In this document: piece by piece, positions 52,159 through 64,000 of the stretch | Layout: the number at the start of each line of letters is the position of its first letter | How positions within the stretch are numbered: position 1 is the first letter of the stretch | The notes under the pieces: model-generated | The model's database searches: none | What the model saw: the letters and a program-made list of their open reading frames with translations, nothing else | Told to the model about the DNA's origin: nothing | Made by a program: the position numbers and the translations under genes | Assembly (NCBI GenBank): GCA_036785375.1 | Contig: JAWMAR010000060.1 | Coordinates: forward strand, 4,960,001-5,024,000 | Direction: 5' to 3' | From: Leucoraja ocellata | Taxonomy: Eukaryota | DNA length: 64,000 nt

Positions 52159-54180
52159 TTGCTCCACACTCTGTAGTAATATGATTTGTTATGTATTAGT
52201 ACACAATGTGGTTTAGCTATTAGTAGTCATCGAGGTGGTTTGTTTCAGGATGGCCGAGCGCCAAAGCGACAGCAGCAAATATAACCAGCTGATCAGTGTC
52301 TAGCCAATAGAAAACGACTTTAGTTCAAAAAACTCCCTGGAGATCCGACGACTGAGCTAGCAAAGTTACAAACAACCAAATCAGTTCTGAACTATAACAG
52401 AGGTGGTTCTAATAGAATATTAGTGGCCCAATGAGAGCCCTATTAGGTTACAGGGTATAACTATGCATACATATTTCATATAGCCTAACACATGGAAATA
52501 TGACTCTGCATTACGTATTCAACAATAGCTGGATCAACAGTGATTAGAAGACAGATGATAGAAAATAAGAAATAGAGTAACACATTATTATTTCAGTAGA
52601 TGTGTTTTATAGGAAGATGCACATGGTTAAATCACAATTGTAAGATTAGGTTAATTATTTTCATGTATTTCTTCATTTGAAATTTTCTTTATACAAGTAC
52701 AATATCCCTTCATGGTAGCTTGTGAGACTACTTGGGAAACATCAAAATCAGTCCATGGAATATTGTTTCTATAACTAGTTTAAATACGAAAAAGAACAAC
52801 AGCGTCTACACGTCCTGAGATGCTCACCACCAATAGTCTGATTTGTGCGTTCAGAAAATTCACCCTGGTAAAAAAAAGGAAAGAACACAGCAACAAGAGT
52901 ATGTATTCAGGAAGATGATTTATAGATTTAATTTTGATATTCCTGTAAAGAAAATCCCAACAGAAGAGCACAACGCCATATCTCAGCTTTGAAAGATTTC
53001 ACAGTAATTGTGTGTGGGAGTGATTGTTATTGCATCAGCGCTCTTCATTAAAGCGTGCATGCATCTACATGTGCATTTGGTATACAAACACTACAGTACT
53101 TCTGGGGGAAAGTATTTAACAAAACGTTCACGGAGATTATTCAAACGTCCAACCGACCTGCAAACATACAAAAGCTGGGTTTTATAGTTGATATTTCCGC
53201 ATATGGCCTCCTTTCCATCAGAATGTAATTTTAATTGCACGCGATTGAAATTTGCTAATACTCCCCAAATCCCAACTTCGATTTTCCATAATTGCACGCT
53301 GTTAAGGTTTTATCGACCATAAAATAGTGGAGTGTTTCTTTTGCAATAATTAGGCATTTTTGAACATCTCGATGGAGTCATTTGTGTTTTGGAATAACAG
53401 AGCACTTACTGCGCCTTGAGCGCGGCATCGCAGTGAAAGGACGGAAGGCAAGGGCTCCTTACTAAACATCTCATTATCTCGTTAGATTCCTGTTCTTGAC
53501 AACAATAGTAACATAGAGATCGAAACATCTGAGCTGGTGTAAACAGTACCTATATACAAAGTATGGGTTCATATATTGTAAATAAGGATAATGTAAGTGT
53601 TGTGGCAAATACAGTTGCAGTCCCTGTAACCGAACAAGAAACAAAGCAAATTTAGGACAATGATTGCAAGTTACGGCGAGTGATAAACGCGGTTGTTTAG
53701 TAGTCTGACAATTTTGAATCTTTAAGTCATAAAAATAAATCTTTAGGGAAGGATGCTATTACATTTACTGCAAGTTGCTAAAATACCTCGAATAATTAAT
53801 GTTCAGCTCTGAAAGCTTATATGTGCCTGTTTTCCCTTAAATATAGACCGGCTAAAAATGGAATGCCTACCGAAATCAAAATCTGTAGCTGTTGGAGGTG
53901 TGAGTATAAATGCAACACGAGTGTGGAGGGAAATGTGCAAGACCACGCTAGTTCGAATCCTCTAAATGAAAGGCCGACGCTTGCCGCTTTCCTCAGTTAC
54001 TGCTGTAGTATTGTACCTTGTGTTGCAATTCTTCATGTGCCTGCTCTTGCAAATGTACATACGATTTTAATAAATTTGAAATTATCTCGTCCACGTTTGA
54101 TCTTTTCTGTTTATGATTTGTTTTAGATATGATTTTAAGCTTTTGTTAATTCGTGCTTCAAGCAGTGCAGGATTTCGAAG

Positions 54181-54230
54181 CACCCCTTCCCACCCCCCAC
54201 CCCCCCCCCCCCCCCCCCCCCCCTCCCCCC
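54181..54230 (+). repeat. C-rich / poly-C tract
   Basis: Read directly. Confidence 0.9.
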
Positions 54231-57200
54231 AACTCCTCCCATCGCACAACTCTCATTGCACACTTAAATGGGATTTTTTTACATGTTGGCAAAGGATAAA
54301 AGCGTAAAATGTAATCTATGCCTATTATTTTCTATTAGATAATATAGTTAATAACCACTTCACAATTGCTGCTGGACCATTTCTTAGGAAACTGGATAAA
54401 ACCAGGCAACATAATGAGAGTATGAACACAGAATGGGGGTAAATCTCAACTGAAAAACTCAGAACATGTATTAAACAGTAACAATCTATGTTTGTCTTGT
54501 GGACGAACACAATGTAAATCAATGTGCATACTGTACTACACTTTTCCATTATTTGGTTTTTAATTTGCTTGCATCATCTGGAAAATACAGCCCCGATTAT
54601 TTTTTTTCTTCTATCGTAACTTACAAATAGATGGTAATTGGATTGGGAAAGGTTAAAATATTACGATTCTGATTTATTCTCTCCATTGAGGTATTTGCAC
54701 TTTTTTTTTGCAAACAGCAAAGCCTTCCCAATAATAACATTAAATAATACACTGCCAACCCGTTGAATCTGGTATTTAATGCTCGGAATTTTCGCACCTT
54801 TGAAGTAAAAGAATGTCAGTCCATTCTTAAAATCAAAGTTTGCTTACTGCCAACCACGCAAATATGTAAATTAGATTTTATCATCTAGTTAATGAGAGGG
54901 GAATTTTGGCAAAGTCTTTTCGTTTTGGAGGTAATTATGGTTGGTCCAGCCTAAACAGTTGCAGCAGATGCAATTCCAGTCGTAAATACCTTTCGTTTAT
55001 CGTGGCCTATTAAATATATCTAGAGCTTTATTCTGGTGCTAATAATTAACTTAAAATGTTATAATCATTGTCCTGCCTAATAGGTATTTTGTAATATAAT
55101 ATAATTTAAACACACATTAAACCACGCATCGTATTTTTTTCCAAATAAAATAACGCCGCGGAAACTCTGAAATTCGAGGCCGTGATTCAAGATGGAAACC
55201 TACCTGGCACTTTATATTACTTCTTGCTGTGCCCCTTGCTTGTTAACATTTTCATTTTTATAAGATTTAATTAGAACATGAGATACTATCATCTCCTAAT
55301 TATTTTCCGACACTTTCCAAAAACGCAGAGTATCTTGGAAGCATTTTAATGATGATTGTAGTATTTGCAGCCTCTGGATGTATGCAGAGTATGTTAAATA
55401 AACTATGTATGTAGTATTTAAAACAAATTTTATCTGTCCACTGAAATCTCGGTTAATCGAACAAACACTGCTTTTTAACTTATTTTTAAAGCACGGGTTG
55501 ATGTAACTTCGCAAAATTCTTATTAACGCTTCTTTCGCTCTCCTATCGGTATCAAAAACGCTATTTATTCCACGTTAATCACATATTATTATTAAATTTA
55601 GGACTATAATTTAGGGTTGCATGGATTTCGAGCAAACGGATCTATTTATCTCAGTTTTCAATAATCAGAAACTCCTTAGATCTTTCATTTAGCATTTCTA
55701 AACATATCACCTGCTACGTTTCACATACATTGCGCGTAAGAGTAAAAAAAAATAGATCAATATCTAAAGTGGGCGTGTTTTGCAGATGTACAAATATTCA
55801 AAATCTTTACATGATTCAAACATGCACTTCACAGGGGTGGGTGTTATTATTCTGCGCGCAATTGAACGCCCATTCTTGAAGACCTTTAACATTTAAAACA
55901 GTAAAACAGTAATAGTAAATAAGCTGCACTCCGCACTTGAATCAAACTCAAAACATTCAGGTATGAGGTAAGCAAAATGATGATTACTGGACGAGTCCAC
56001 AAAACAACTTATATAACGGTTAATTTGAGAGCTGAACTCAACCATTTAATCAGCAACATATGATCAGAAAGAGACGCTGTGCTGGTTTATTCGCACTCCG
56101 AACACACGATGGCAGTATCAAGTCCACAACAGATAGCAAACATCAATAACCACACATTTTCACATTTTAAGTCAGACAACACTGTTTCAGTGCCAGAAAG
56201 ACAACCGCCGTGCTAAGCTCCAACAATAACAGACACGTCTATGTGCTCACACACGAAATAGGATGTATTTGGGTTTTTTTTCCCCATTCAACACAGGAAT
56301 AAACCGCTATCAATTGCGGATGGACCCTCGAAGTGAACGGCGGCAAAGAATGCTCATTAAATAAACTGTTATCAGATCATTTTCAAATACACAATAGACA
56401 TTTTTTTAAATATATATCATTTTAAACTCAAATTATATAATGTTAGAAAAGGCGATTCATAATAAATAATCAGTTGATTGATGAAAGAAACCCGTCACCA
56501 TCGCTGCAACCGGCATCTTATTCATTTTAAACTTGTGGGAGAATTTTCTCGTCCTATAAAATGTGCAACAGCACTTGTTAAAATGACACAGAATTCTTCT
56601 TCAAAGCAATATCGATCAGGCAAGACATTTCACTTAATATTTGCTCCCCTTTCCCCCCCAAACACTTTGAATCCATAAGCCGGTTGTCGATCAGATCAAC
56701 CAGAAGGTACCGCATATTATTCACACTCATTAAAAAACAAGCACATTTCGCAATTCCAAACCATAAAAGAAGCCACTGACAACACTCAAATAGTGTTTTT
56801 GAATGCATATCCAATGGATATTTGGAATTAGATATTTCGAAGATTGTTGTCCTTTTTACATCATATACTCTAACTTTGACAAATTAAATAATTTTAGAAA
56901 GTAGGTTTTAGCAAAATATCTTAAATATATATTTTTTTCGGAATTGCAAAGTGGCCGATGACGAATGGGCCCTACCTTGCCGCTGAATCGATCTCTCGGG
57001 CTGGCTTTCCCGGGCTCTGCTCAGGCCGTGCGCAGGGTTAAGTCAGCCCCAGAGAGAGTGTTTGTAGAGTCCGTGTTAGTTTGACAGCTGTCCGTTCAGC
57101 TCCAGCCCAGGCCAATGGCTCTCGCATTCCGCCAGCGGCGTTTAGTGACGACTTGCAGGAAACTGTCCTGCGGATAGCAGCCGGCGCTTTTTAGTCCAAT

Positions 57201-57399
57201 GCTCCACCTTCTGTGGAGGAATTCGTGGTTGCCAGCCATGAGATCTGTGCTGAAAGCTTGGATGTATTGAGGCTCCATGGGCAATAATCAGTGCGCTGGG
57301 AAGGGGAAAAAAGAACAAAATATGCGGCGAAAAAAAAGCCTCCAAGCTCTCACATCCGAACCAAGACGCGTTTAGCACAAGAATGCAGCCCTATAGTCG

Positions 57400-57580
57400 C
57401 AAGGGAAATTATAAAAAGTTCATGTTCACGGTTACTCTCCACATGACTTTCAGCGGCCAATGGAAAAACCGAACAACTCGTAAAGTTCTATTGCAAAGTT
57501 GTAAATTTTCATAAAACAACAACGGATTTATGACATTTCCCCATGACTATTAGGAGGCAGGTCCTAGACGCCATTTTTAA
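57400..57580 (-). promoter_or_regulatory. Intergenic promoter-like element between HoxA6 and HoxA7
   Basis: TTATAAAA near 57409, CACATG at 57440-57445, CCAAT at 57457-57461, then TCGTAAA, TCATAAAA, GATTTATGA and a YY1-type CGCCATTTT at 57569-57577. Confidence 0.65.
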
Positions 57581-58948
57581 CAAAGAGACAAGTTAAAATT
57601 GCGAAATTATAAAAGATTTTTTCCACAGTTTAACTATAATTTTTTCAGTTTTGGAAGACAAGTTATCATGACCATAATATCCATCTGCAAATTTTAGCTT
57701 TTTAAAAAACGGGTCAGTCTTATTTCTACACACATTCTGTTATTTAACCGTATCAAGACGATGTTACGTTTAATCGCAGCTTTCTATCCATATTTTCTTT
57801 CCAGTTTACCATTTCCTTAAATATGCTGCAATTGGAAAATGAATATTTCCTCGCATATAATGTATGATTCAACTTCAGGTTCTACTGCCGCAATGCATCC
57901 ATCACATATTAAGATGCACTTGCCCGAACATTCGTTCAAAGATCGGCGATGACAGTGCACTCGGCTCTTCTCCCCACTTCTTTTTTCTATTTTATATTGA
58001 GTCCGAATATAAAATTATGTCCCTTTTAAAAACTTTTCTAACCGTGCTCGCAAATTGATAAATGGGCACGATTTGGAATCGAACGCTAATTACTCAAGTG
58101 TAACTTTTGCCCAAATTCCTCCCCAACTCGAACGCATCTCGACTCAATATTGTCATGCTCAGAAAATAATCTGGCCAATTAAAATCACACTCACGCAGTT
58201 TTAATAATCTATTTTCCTTACATGGGGTTCAATTAAACTTTAAAAGCTTTGTTTCATTTTATGTCATTAAAATCAGATTACTTGAATATGAGGGGGTACG
58301 GTGTGTGGGGATTATGAGTAAAATTTCTGACAGTTTATATTCAATTCCTGTCAGTTATTATTTAACCCAAGCCTTTATCCGAATCATATACCCACTCATT
58401 TGGTGGGAGGTGTTTGGATGCGACAAGAAATCCAGACCATATTTATTTAAGCACCGTTTAATGTTTTTTTTGACGTTTGTTTTCTTACATTGTTTCCATT
58501 CAAAGTATACATGTCGAGAACGAATATATATATTTTAAATAGATTGCACCTTAAACCGTTAACATTGGTTATTATTGAACAACACATACACAGATTACAA
58601 AGCAAACTTTCGATTGACAGATACCACACCGAATATGGAACCACAATATATTCAGTTGACAATGCAGTTCGGGTTTTCTATTATTACATTTGGTTATTAC
58701 ATGTTTTTATATAATTTAAACAGTGCACATGTCTAAGACAACTGATACAACACTTGAGGAAACACGATTACACCATTCAATAGTACATGGTTTATTGAAA
58801 TCTTTAGCAGGTATATATTTTAATGACATCCATCAAAAAGTAATAATGCAATTTCTCCCGCCTAATACAACTATTTTACTTTTTACAGCATAGTATTGAA
58901 GCGTATTGCGAAAGGAATCCATTCGCGTTAAACGTAAACGGGTATCTC

Positions 58949-59955
58949 TAGGTAGTATTCACTATTTTCCTGTAATAAAGTGGCTACATACACACCTCAT
59001 TAAAATACACACATCGGAATATATTTCACTATTTTACTCTCATATTATGGTACTGTTATAAGAAGGGCGGGTATTCAAGCCCCCAGAACAACATTCTCTG
59101 TCTAGAAACGAATTTTAAATTAAAACATTTAGGTAGTTTCAATAAACGTGCAAGATGTCCACTATTGTGGTTTAGGTAGTTACATTTATTTGCCAAGTGA
59201 AAACAGAACATTGCTTTATATCCTTATTGGGACGATACATATATGAAATAAAAGACACACTCAAAACACAATGAAGAATGTGGATAAAAAACGAGGAATT
59301 GAGCAAAAATAAAGTATTTTACTCATGACCGTCTTCTATCATGACTAATAATAGGTGATAGGCTGGTTCGGAGGTTTCCCATTGGATTTGAAAGAAGCTT
59401 CTAAAATCATAACGCTCTTATTTTGTGAACAATGTGCAGAAATGTTTTAAATGCGTTCAGAATGTGAATTAATGAGGATGAAATAAGTTTGATGAATGGC
59501 TCAGTGCATGAGATATATCTAATATCACATAGTGGTAAGTGAGTTACAGACAACAATGGCTACAGCTTGTTTTTTTAGGCTCATATTTTTCCTATCGCTA
59601 CAGTATTAGAGACCCAGAGTCGAATCCCAGTCTCTTATTTACGTGGAGTGCATGGATTAAGAACTATATTCCCATTAATGCATTTATTGCAACAAGAGAC
59701 CGTCAAATTAGCTAGGGAAAATATATGACGACCGGGAAAATGGTCTAAATCCATTGGCTTTCACTTTAATTCTGAACCCATTTCCGAATAATTGTTTTAC
59801 TATTGCCGATAAAGATTTTGCATTTTTTTTTATTAAAACCAAATCAGAGAAAGTAAAGTTAGTTTTTATTTCAGAAGATTATTGAAACATATAGGTAGTA
59901 TAATGAGTGCCACTGCACTGCATCGTTTAATAGTCCACGATTGTGACTAGGTAGT
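58949..59955 (-). promoter_or_regulatory. Five miR-196 8mer seed sites in the HoxA7 3' region
   Basis: TAGGTAGT on + (ACTACCTA in the mRNA) at 58949, 59130, 59173, 59892 and 59948; HOXA7 is an established miR-196 target. Confidence 0.85.
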
Positions 59956-60024
59956 CAAATGTCATTGTTAGCTGGTGGAAAACAGCTTTGCACATTCGCA
60001 CAGTTCAAGCTTTAGCCGGACGTC

Positions 60025-60411
<387 letters not shown>

Positions 60412-60827
60412 TTAAATAGTGATGAATTGTTTTAAGATGCAAAAGAGCAATCTTGATCGAAGCGATTACTTCTTCCAACCATGTATTTAAAGACCAAGAT
60501 TATTTAACAAGGTTGAGTAAGGCCTCTGTGGTCTTCAAGTATTGTCATTGAATATTAGTGTTGAGTGAAATAAGGTTAGAGTTCTCCACATTTCACTCAG
60601 ATGACAGCGATGGTAATAATTCCGACCAAGAAATTACAGGTAAATTAAGTCTTAAACTTCCAGATAAGATGCTTCGAGAGTTGACTTGTTCAATACAAGC
60701 AGAATCACAGAAATCCACTTCACTGGCCAGACCACTTGCATTATGGTACTAAATGGTGCTATTTAATCACGAAAACACATTTATAAGAGATGAAGCTTTA
60801 CAGAAGTCAATGGATCTTCCTTGAGAC

Positions 60828-60857
60828 TATATAGATAGATATATATATATATATATA
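60828..60857. repeat. (AT)n microsatellite in the HoxA7 intron
   Basis: tatatagatagatatatatatatatatata read directly. Confidence 0.85.
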
Positions 60858-61034
60858 TTCAGTTTCTCGACGTTGTTTTAGGTTTTAAGTTACATTAGGC
60901 ATGGAATATCTCATCCCACTCGCCCGAGTATATTGTTTCCCGCGTATCTGTTTAAAAAAACTTATTTGATGTTGATAAAAGTGAGTAAATAAGCAATATG
61001 TGCCTTGCTGTTAACTTTAAATGAGCGGATGTCG

Positions 61035-61090
61035 AGTGCTTTTACGAGGATTGTACTGATTAATTGTGCAATAAAACTTTTATGATTGCT
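61035..61090. promoter_or_regulatory. HB1-type homeodomain site cluster in the HoxA7 intron
   Basis: TTTTACGA, GATTAATTG, CAATAAAA and TTTTATGA within 50 nt. Confidence 0.7.
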
Positions 61091-61234
61091 ATCTGCATAC
61101 AATGCCACATGCGTTTGAGGAACTGTTCCGTAGCTATCATTAAAACTCTTTAACTACTTTCAGGATGTACTGGCACTCATCTTAACTGGCCGTTTGCACG
61201 TCTCCCATAGCCATGTTACATTTATGTCCCATAC

Positions 61235-61628
61235 CTGCATTCCTCATCCAGGGGTAAATCCGGAAATTGCTCTCTGCTTGAGGGTGCACGTTTGTCTGAT
61301 CCAATTTTTCGCAGCCCTGTTTGCTCAGATCGCTGCAAAGTACTGGAATGTTCTGGTCTAAGGCAGAGCAGCGCAGGTTGTAGGAATCTGAATTTAGGTT
61401 ATAACCTGTGTTGTACATGGAAGGGCCGTGATAGATTGCACTGTTAACATTGTACAGCCCGGCCATCGGGGTTGGGAAGGCGCTCGCGCCCGCTCCATAG
61501 CTCGATCTTTGTGAGTTCGCAGCAAAGGCGCAAGAAGTTGCTTCTGAAAAGCCACTCGTGTTCTGGAAAACGGATGTCCCCGCCGTATATTTGGGAAAAA
61601 GAGCATTCACATAATACGACGAACTCAT
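61235..61628 (-). CDS. HOXA7: Homeobox protein Hox-A7, coding exon 1
   Basis: MSSSYYVNALFPKYTAG start, NFRIYPWMRN hexapeptide, donor GCAG|GTATG, phase 1. Confidence 0.97.
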
Positions 61629-62643
61629 AATTTTGTCTGGTGATTTGTTGGCCGAGACTCTTCAGTGTCGGTTTTACGAGATAGCGTGATATATGGCAGC
61701 ATTACACCCCCGATTTACACCAAACACCCATTTTCCTTCGGTCCGACTTATTTCTATTCACGTGACCCGACCATGTGATCCCGTCACCCAATAGCATCTC
61801 ACATCACAGGTGGTAAATATCATGTTATTCGACTATTTTCAAAATAAATTATGCAAGAATCATATAAAATATTACATTATTAATAAAGATGGGTTGTGGA
61901 ACTTTCCAAAAGTAAGTATCTTCTAACAAGTTCATGACAAGTCAACCCCCCACACGTATGTGGAAAATTTCACAGCGCAGGTATGTTCCCAACGCTTTTG
62001 AATATGAGATGCACGATGAATTTGGAAATGTAATGAAAGGTTTTCTTTGACACAAAAAAAAAGAGACATGCTGATTTGACCATAGAAATAAACAAGATTC
62101 GTGCACAGAAAAATATCGATCAACATTAGCAAGTCCTTTCTGCAATTTGCTTTAAAAAACGATTAAATGGTTTCAATTAAAAGACAAGCGCTCTTCCATT
62201 GTCCCTCACACCCCCTGCGCGAGTTTGCTGTTATTTCAGCAATATGAAATCCTGCAGGAATCTGGGGGGTGGTGGGAGTTAGGTAGGGGCTGGGGACCTG
62301 TGGTACTGCAACCTTACTGAATTACTGATTAGGGTTCATCTAATCTCTAGATTACAGGATAATCTACGTGGTTTTAGTGAGGACTAGAAATGGGAGAGGT
62401 ATAAACCGCAGTAATGCTGCAAGGGGATTGGGCGGGGCATCACTGAGAAATCAGCTCCTGCTAGGAGCTCTCCATCTTTTTATAGATCCAGTCATGTTTG
62501 TATATTGATTTACTGAAATACATAACTTCATTTTGTAAACTACCGCACTTCCTCTGCCGTTTCAATGCTACCGCTATTCCGTGGAAACCTCTTGGAGTTG
62601 CTAGGTAATCTGACTAGATCCCCGCAGGGGATTGAACCCGGCA

Positions 62644-62965
62644 TCATTTCCTCCTTTTGTTTTACAACTTTTTACTCTGTCTCTTTCTCTCAGTAGATCA
62701 TGGAAGGTGTCTCCGAAAACAGTTTCCTTGCAATTGCGACAGTTACTCTACTTTGGCTTTGGTTACTTCCTAGCGGAATTGTTGCCTTAATGCACAAGAT
62801 TCAGAGTTATATTTGTTCGATGTTACACGTAGGCAAGGAAACCCAGGCCACTGTATTTACAGCAGATACACAACGATGCACCTGGTACGTTTAAAGTAAA
62901 GGCTTATTGCAATAAAATATGTTTCTGCATTTGCGTCTGAAACCCTTAAGGAAGTATAAGCTCAT
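62644..62965 (-). pseudogene. Possible decayed Hox8 (HoxA8) relic
   Basis: Collinear degenerate motifs: MSLYFLK....KCR (cf. MSSYFVN....KYK), FPCLR (cf. FPWMR), QSQSR (cf. QTYSR), KE-LF, TER..QVK, *NKRRK* (cf. QNRRMKW), with indels and stops. Aligned by eye only. Confidence 0.45.
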
Positions 62966-63547
62966 ATTATTAACTGCGATTTTCTTTTGAACTCTGGGTC
63001 TCTTCGGCTAGAGGCAGTGCTAGTTTTATGCAGAAAGGCTTTCCACCAGCGATGATGTTTTATCGGGAGATTATTGGATTGCATTCGTCCCTCGCTCGTT
63101 AAAAGAACAATCTTTAGTTAATATACCTCCAGCCTATAAAACTGTCGGCAATCTCCATGTTTCCTGTACATACCTAAAACGAAACGGCGTGCTAATGTAA
63201 ATATCTCTGAAACGCATGAAGGATGGCTTTGTCTTCTAAACTTTTCATACGTTACAAATGATTTAAAATAAATCCGAAGTCGAGCTGTAAACGAGTTTAG
63301 CAGTGCGACGGAATGCCAGATGATTGTTTAAAAATTAAAAAAATAAGTTTAATTAAAATTAGTTAGGGAAATACATAGCATGGGGTTGTCGAGCAGAGAA
63401 TATATAACGCATAACGTGTAAAACAGTCATATTTTCGAAGTTTAAACATTGCTCGCTGAAAATAGGTTACCGCTACCGATTTTGCTTAGATTGGATCTAA
63501 CGGCTCTCCGACGAAAACACGAGTGAAAGGAAGGGGGTAATGAAATA

Positions 63548-63577
63548 AAAACTAATGGAATTAAAACTAATGGAATT
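63548..63577. repeat. Perfect 15-nt tandem duplication
   Basis: AAAACTAATGGAATT twice. Confidence 0.9.
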
Positions 63578-64000
63578 CAACTGAATAAAATCTGCAATCA
63601 GTCCAAGTAATCCTACTTTAATAAAAAACAAAAAAAATGCCCTTAAATTAAGTCAAAATGTGCAAAGATCACCGACACTTCTCAAAGTTGCATATATTAA
63701 TTTCCAAATAATATGCAGCAGGAATTTGCCAAAACTGTTTTTTCCACTTATATTTGGTACTTTATTTCCCCATTTCCCAGGAATTCTAGTTTCTCCGTAC
63801 TGTTGCCCTTTGAACATTGCGACCGCGTTGCCCTAGATGCACGTTCATATATTTGGCTAAAATTAAAACACTCTATCCTGCATATTAAGTCCGATTGTAT
63901 TGGAGTATCTAATAAAATTGTGTATTCGCTAATAAAACACTGATATTGTTTGTGTAGCAATAATGTTGAATTCTTATTTTCTTTTATTACCAGGAGTCAG

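Noticed and set aside
52213-52230. Short uORFs MTTNS* (HoxA6) and MSQSFP* (upstream of HoxA5)
   Set aside because: Very short, no special relation to the main start, and may lie upstream of the TSS.
62207-62221. CTCF-like CGCGCAGGGGGTGT upstream of HoxA7 (another near 57201)
   Set aside because: Several mismatches at informative positions; needs PWM scoring.
62620-62642. Pol III B-box-like GGTTCAATCCC on the minus strand (similar words at 53951 and 59617)
   Set aside because: No A box, cloverleaf or SINE body recognisable, so not called tRNA or SINE.

Overview
Vertebrate genomic DNA: the 3' half of an intact HoxA cluster on the minus strand, in the order HoxA1, A2, A3, A4, A5, A6, A7. Each gene has two coding exons split by a phase-1 GT-AG intron between the hexapeptide and the homeobox; the joined ORFs give 325, 363, 411, 247, 275, 229 and 208 aa. 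The protein sequences, the AT-rich intergenic DNA and a shark-type SINE fragment point to a cartilaginous fish (inference; species not determined). Familiar Hox cis-elements are visible: DR5 RAREs near HoxA3 and on both sides of HoxA4, HoxA2 exonic and intronic Pbx/Hox sites, HB1-type intron clusters, and miR-196 and miR-10 seed sites. There are two assembly gaps. The most notable observations are: (1) a collinear, decayed set of paralog-group-8 landmarks about 1 kb upstream of HoxA7, a possible HoxA8 relic; (2) intergenic E-box nodes flanked by divergent splice donors, suggesting bidirectional promoters for long Hox isoforms and antisense lncRNAs, including a HOTAIRM1-like model; (3) uORFs whose stop codons abut or overlap the main start codons of HoxA1, A4 and A7. 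All comparisons to other species are from memory and need alignment.
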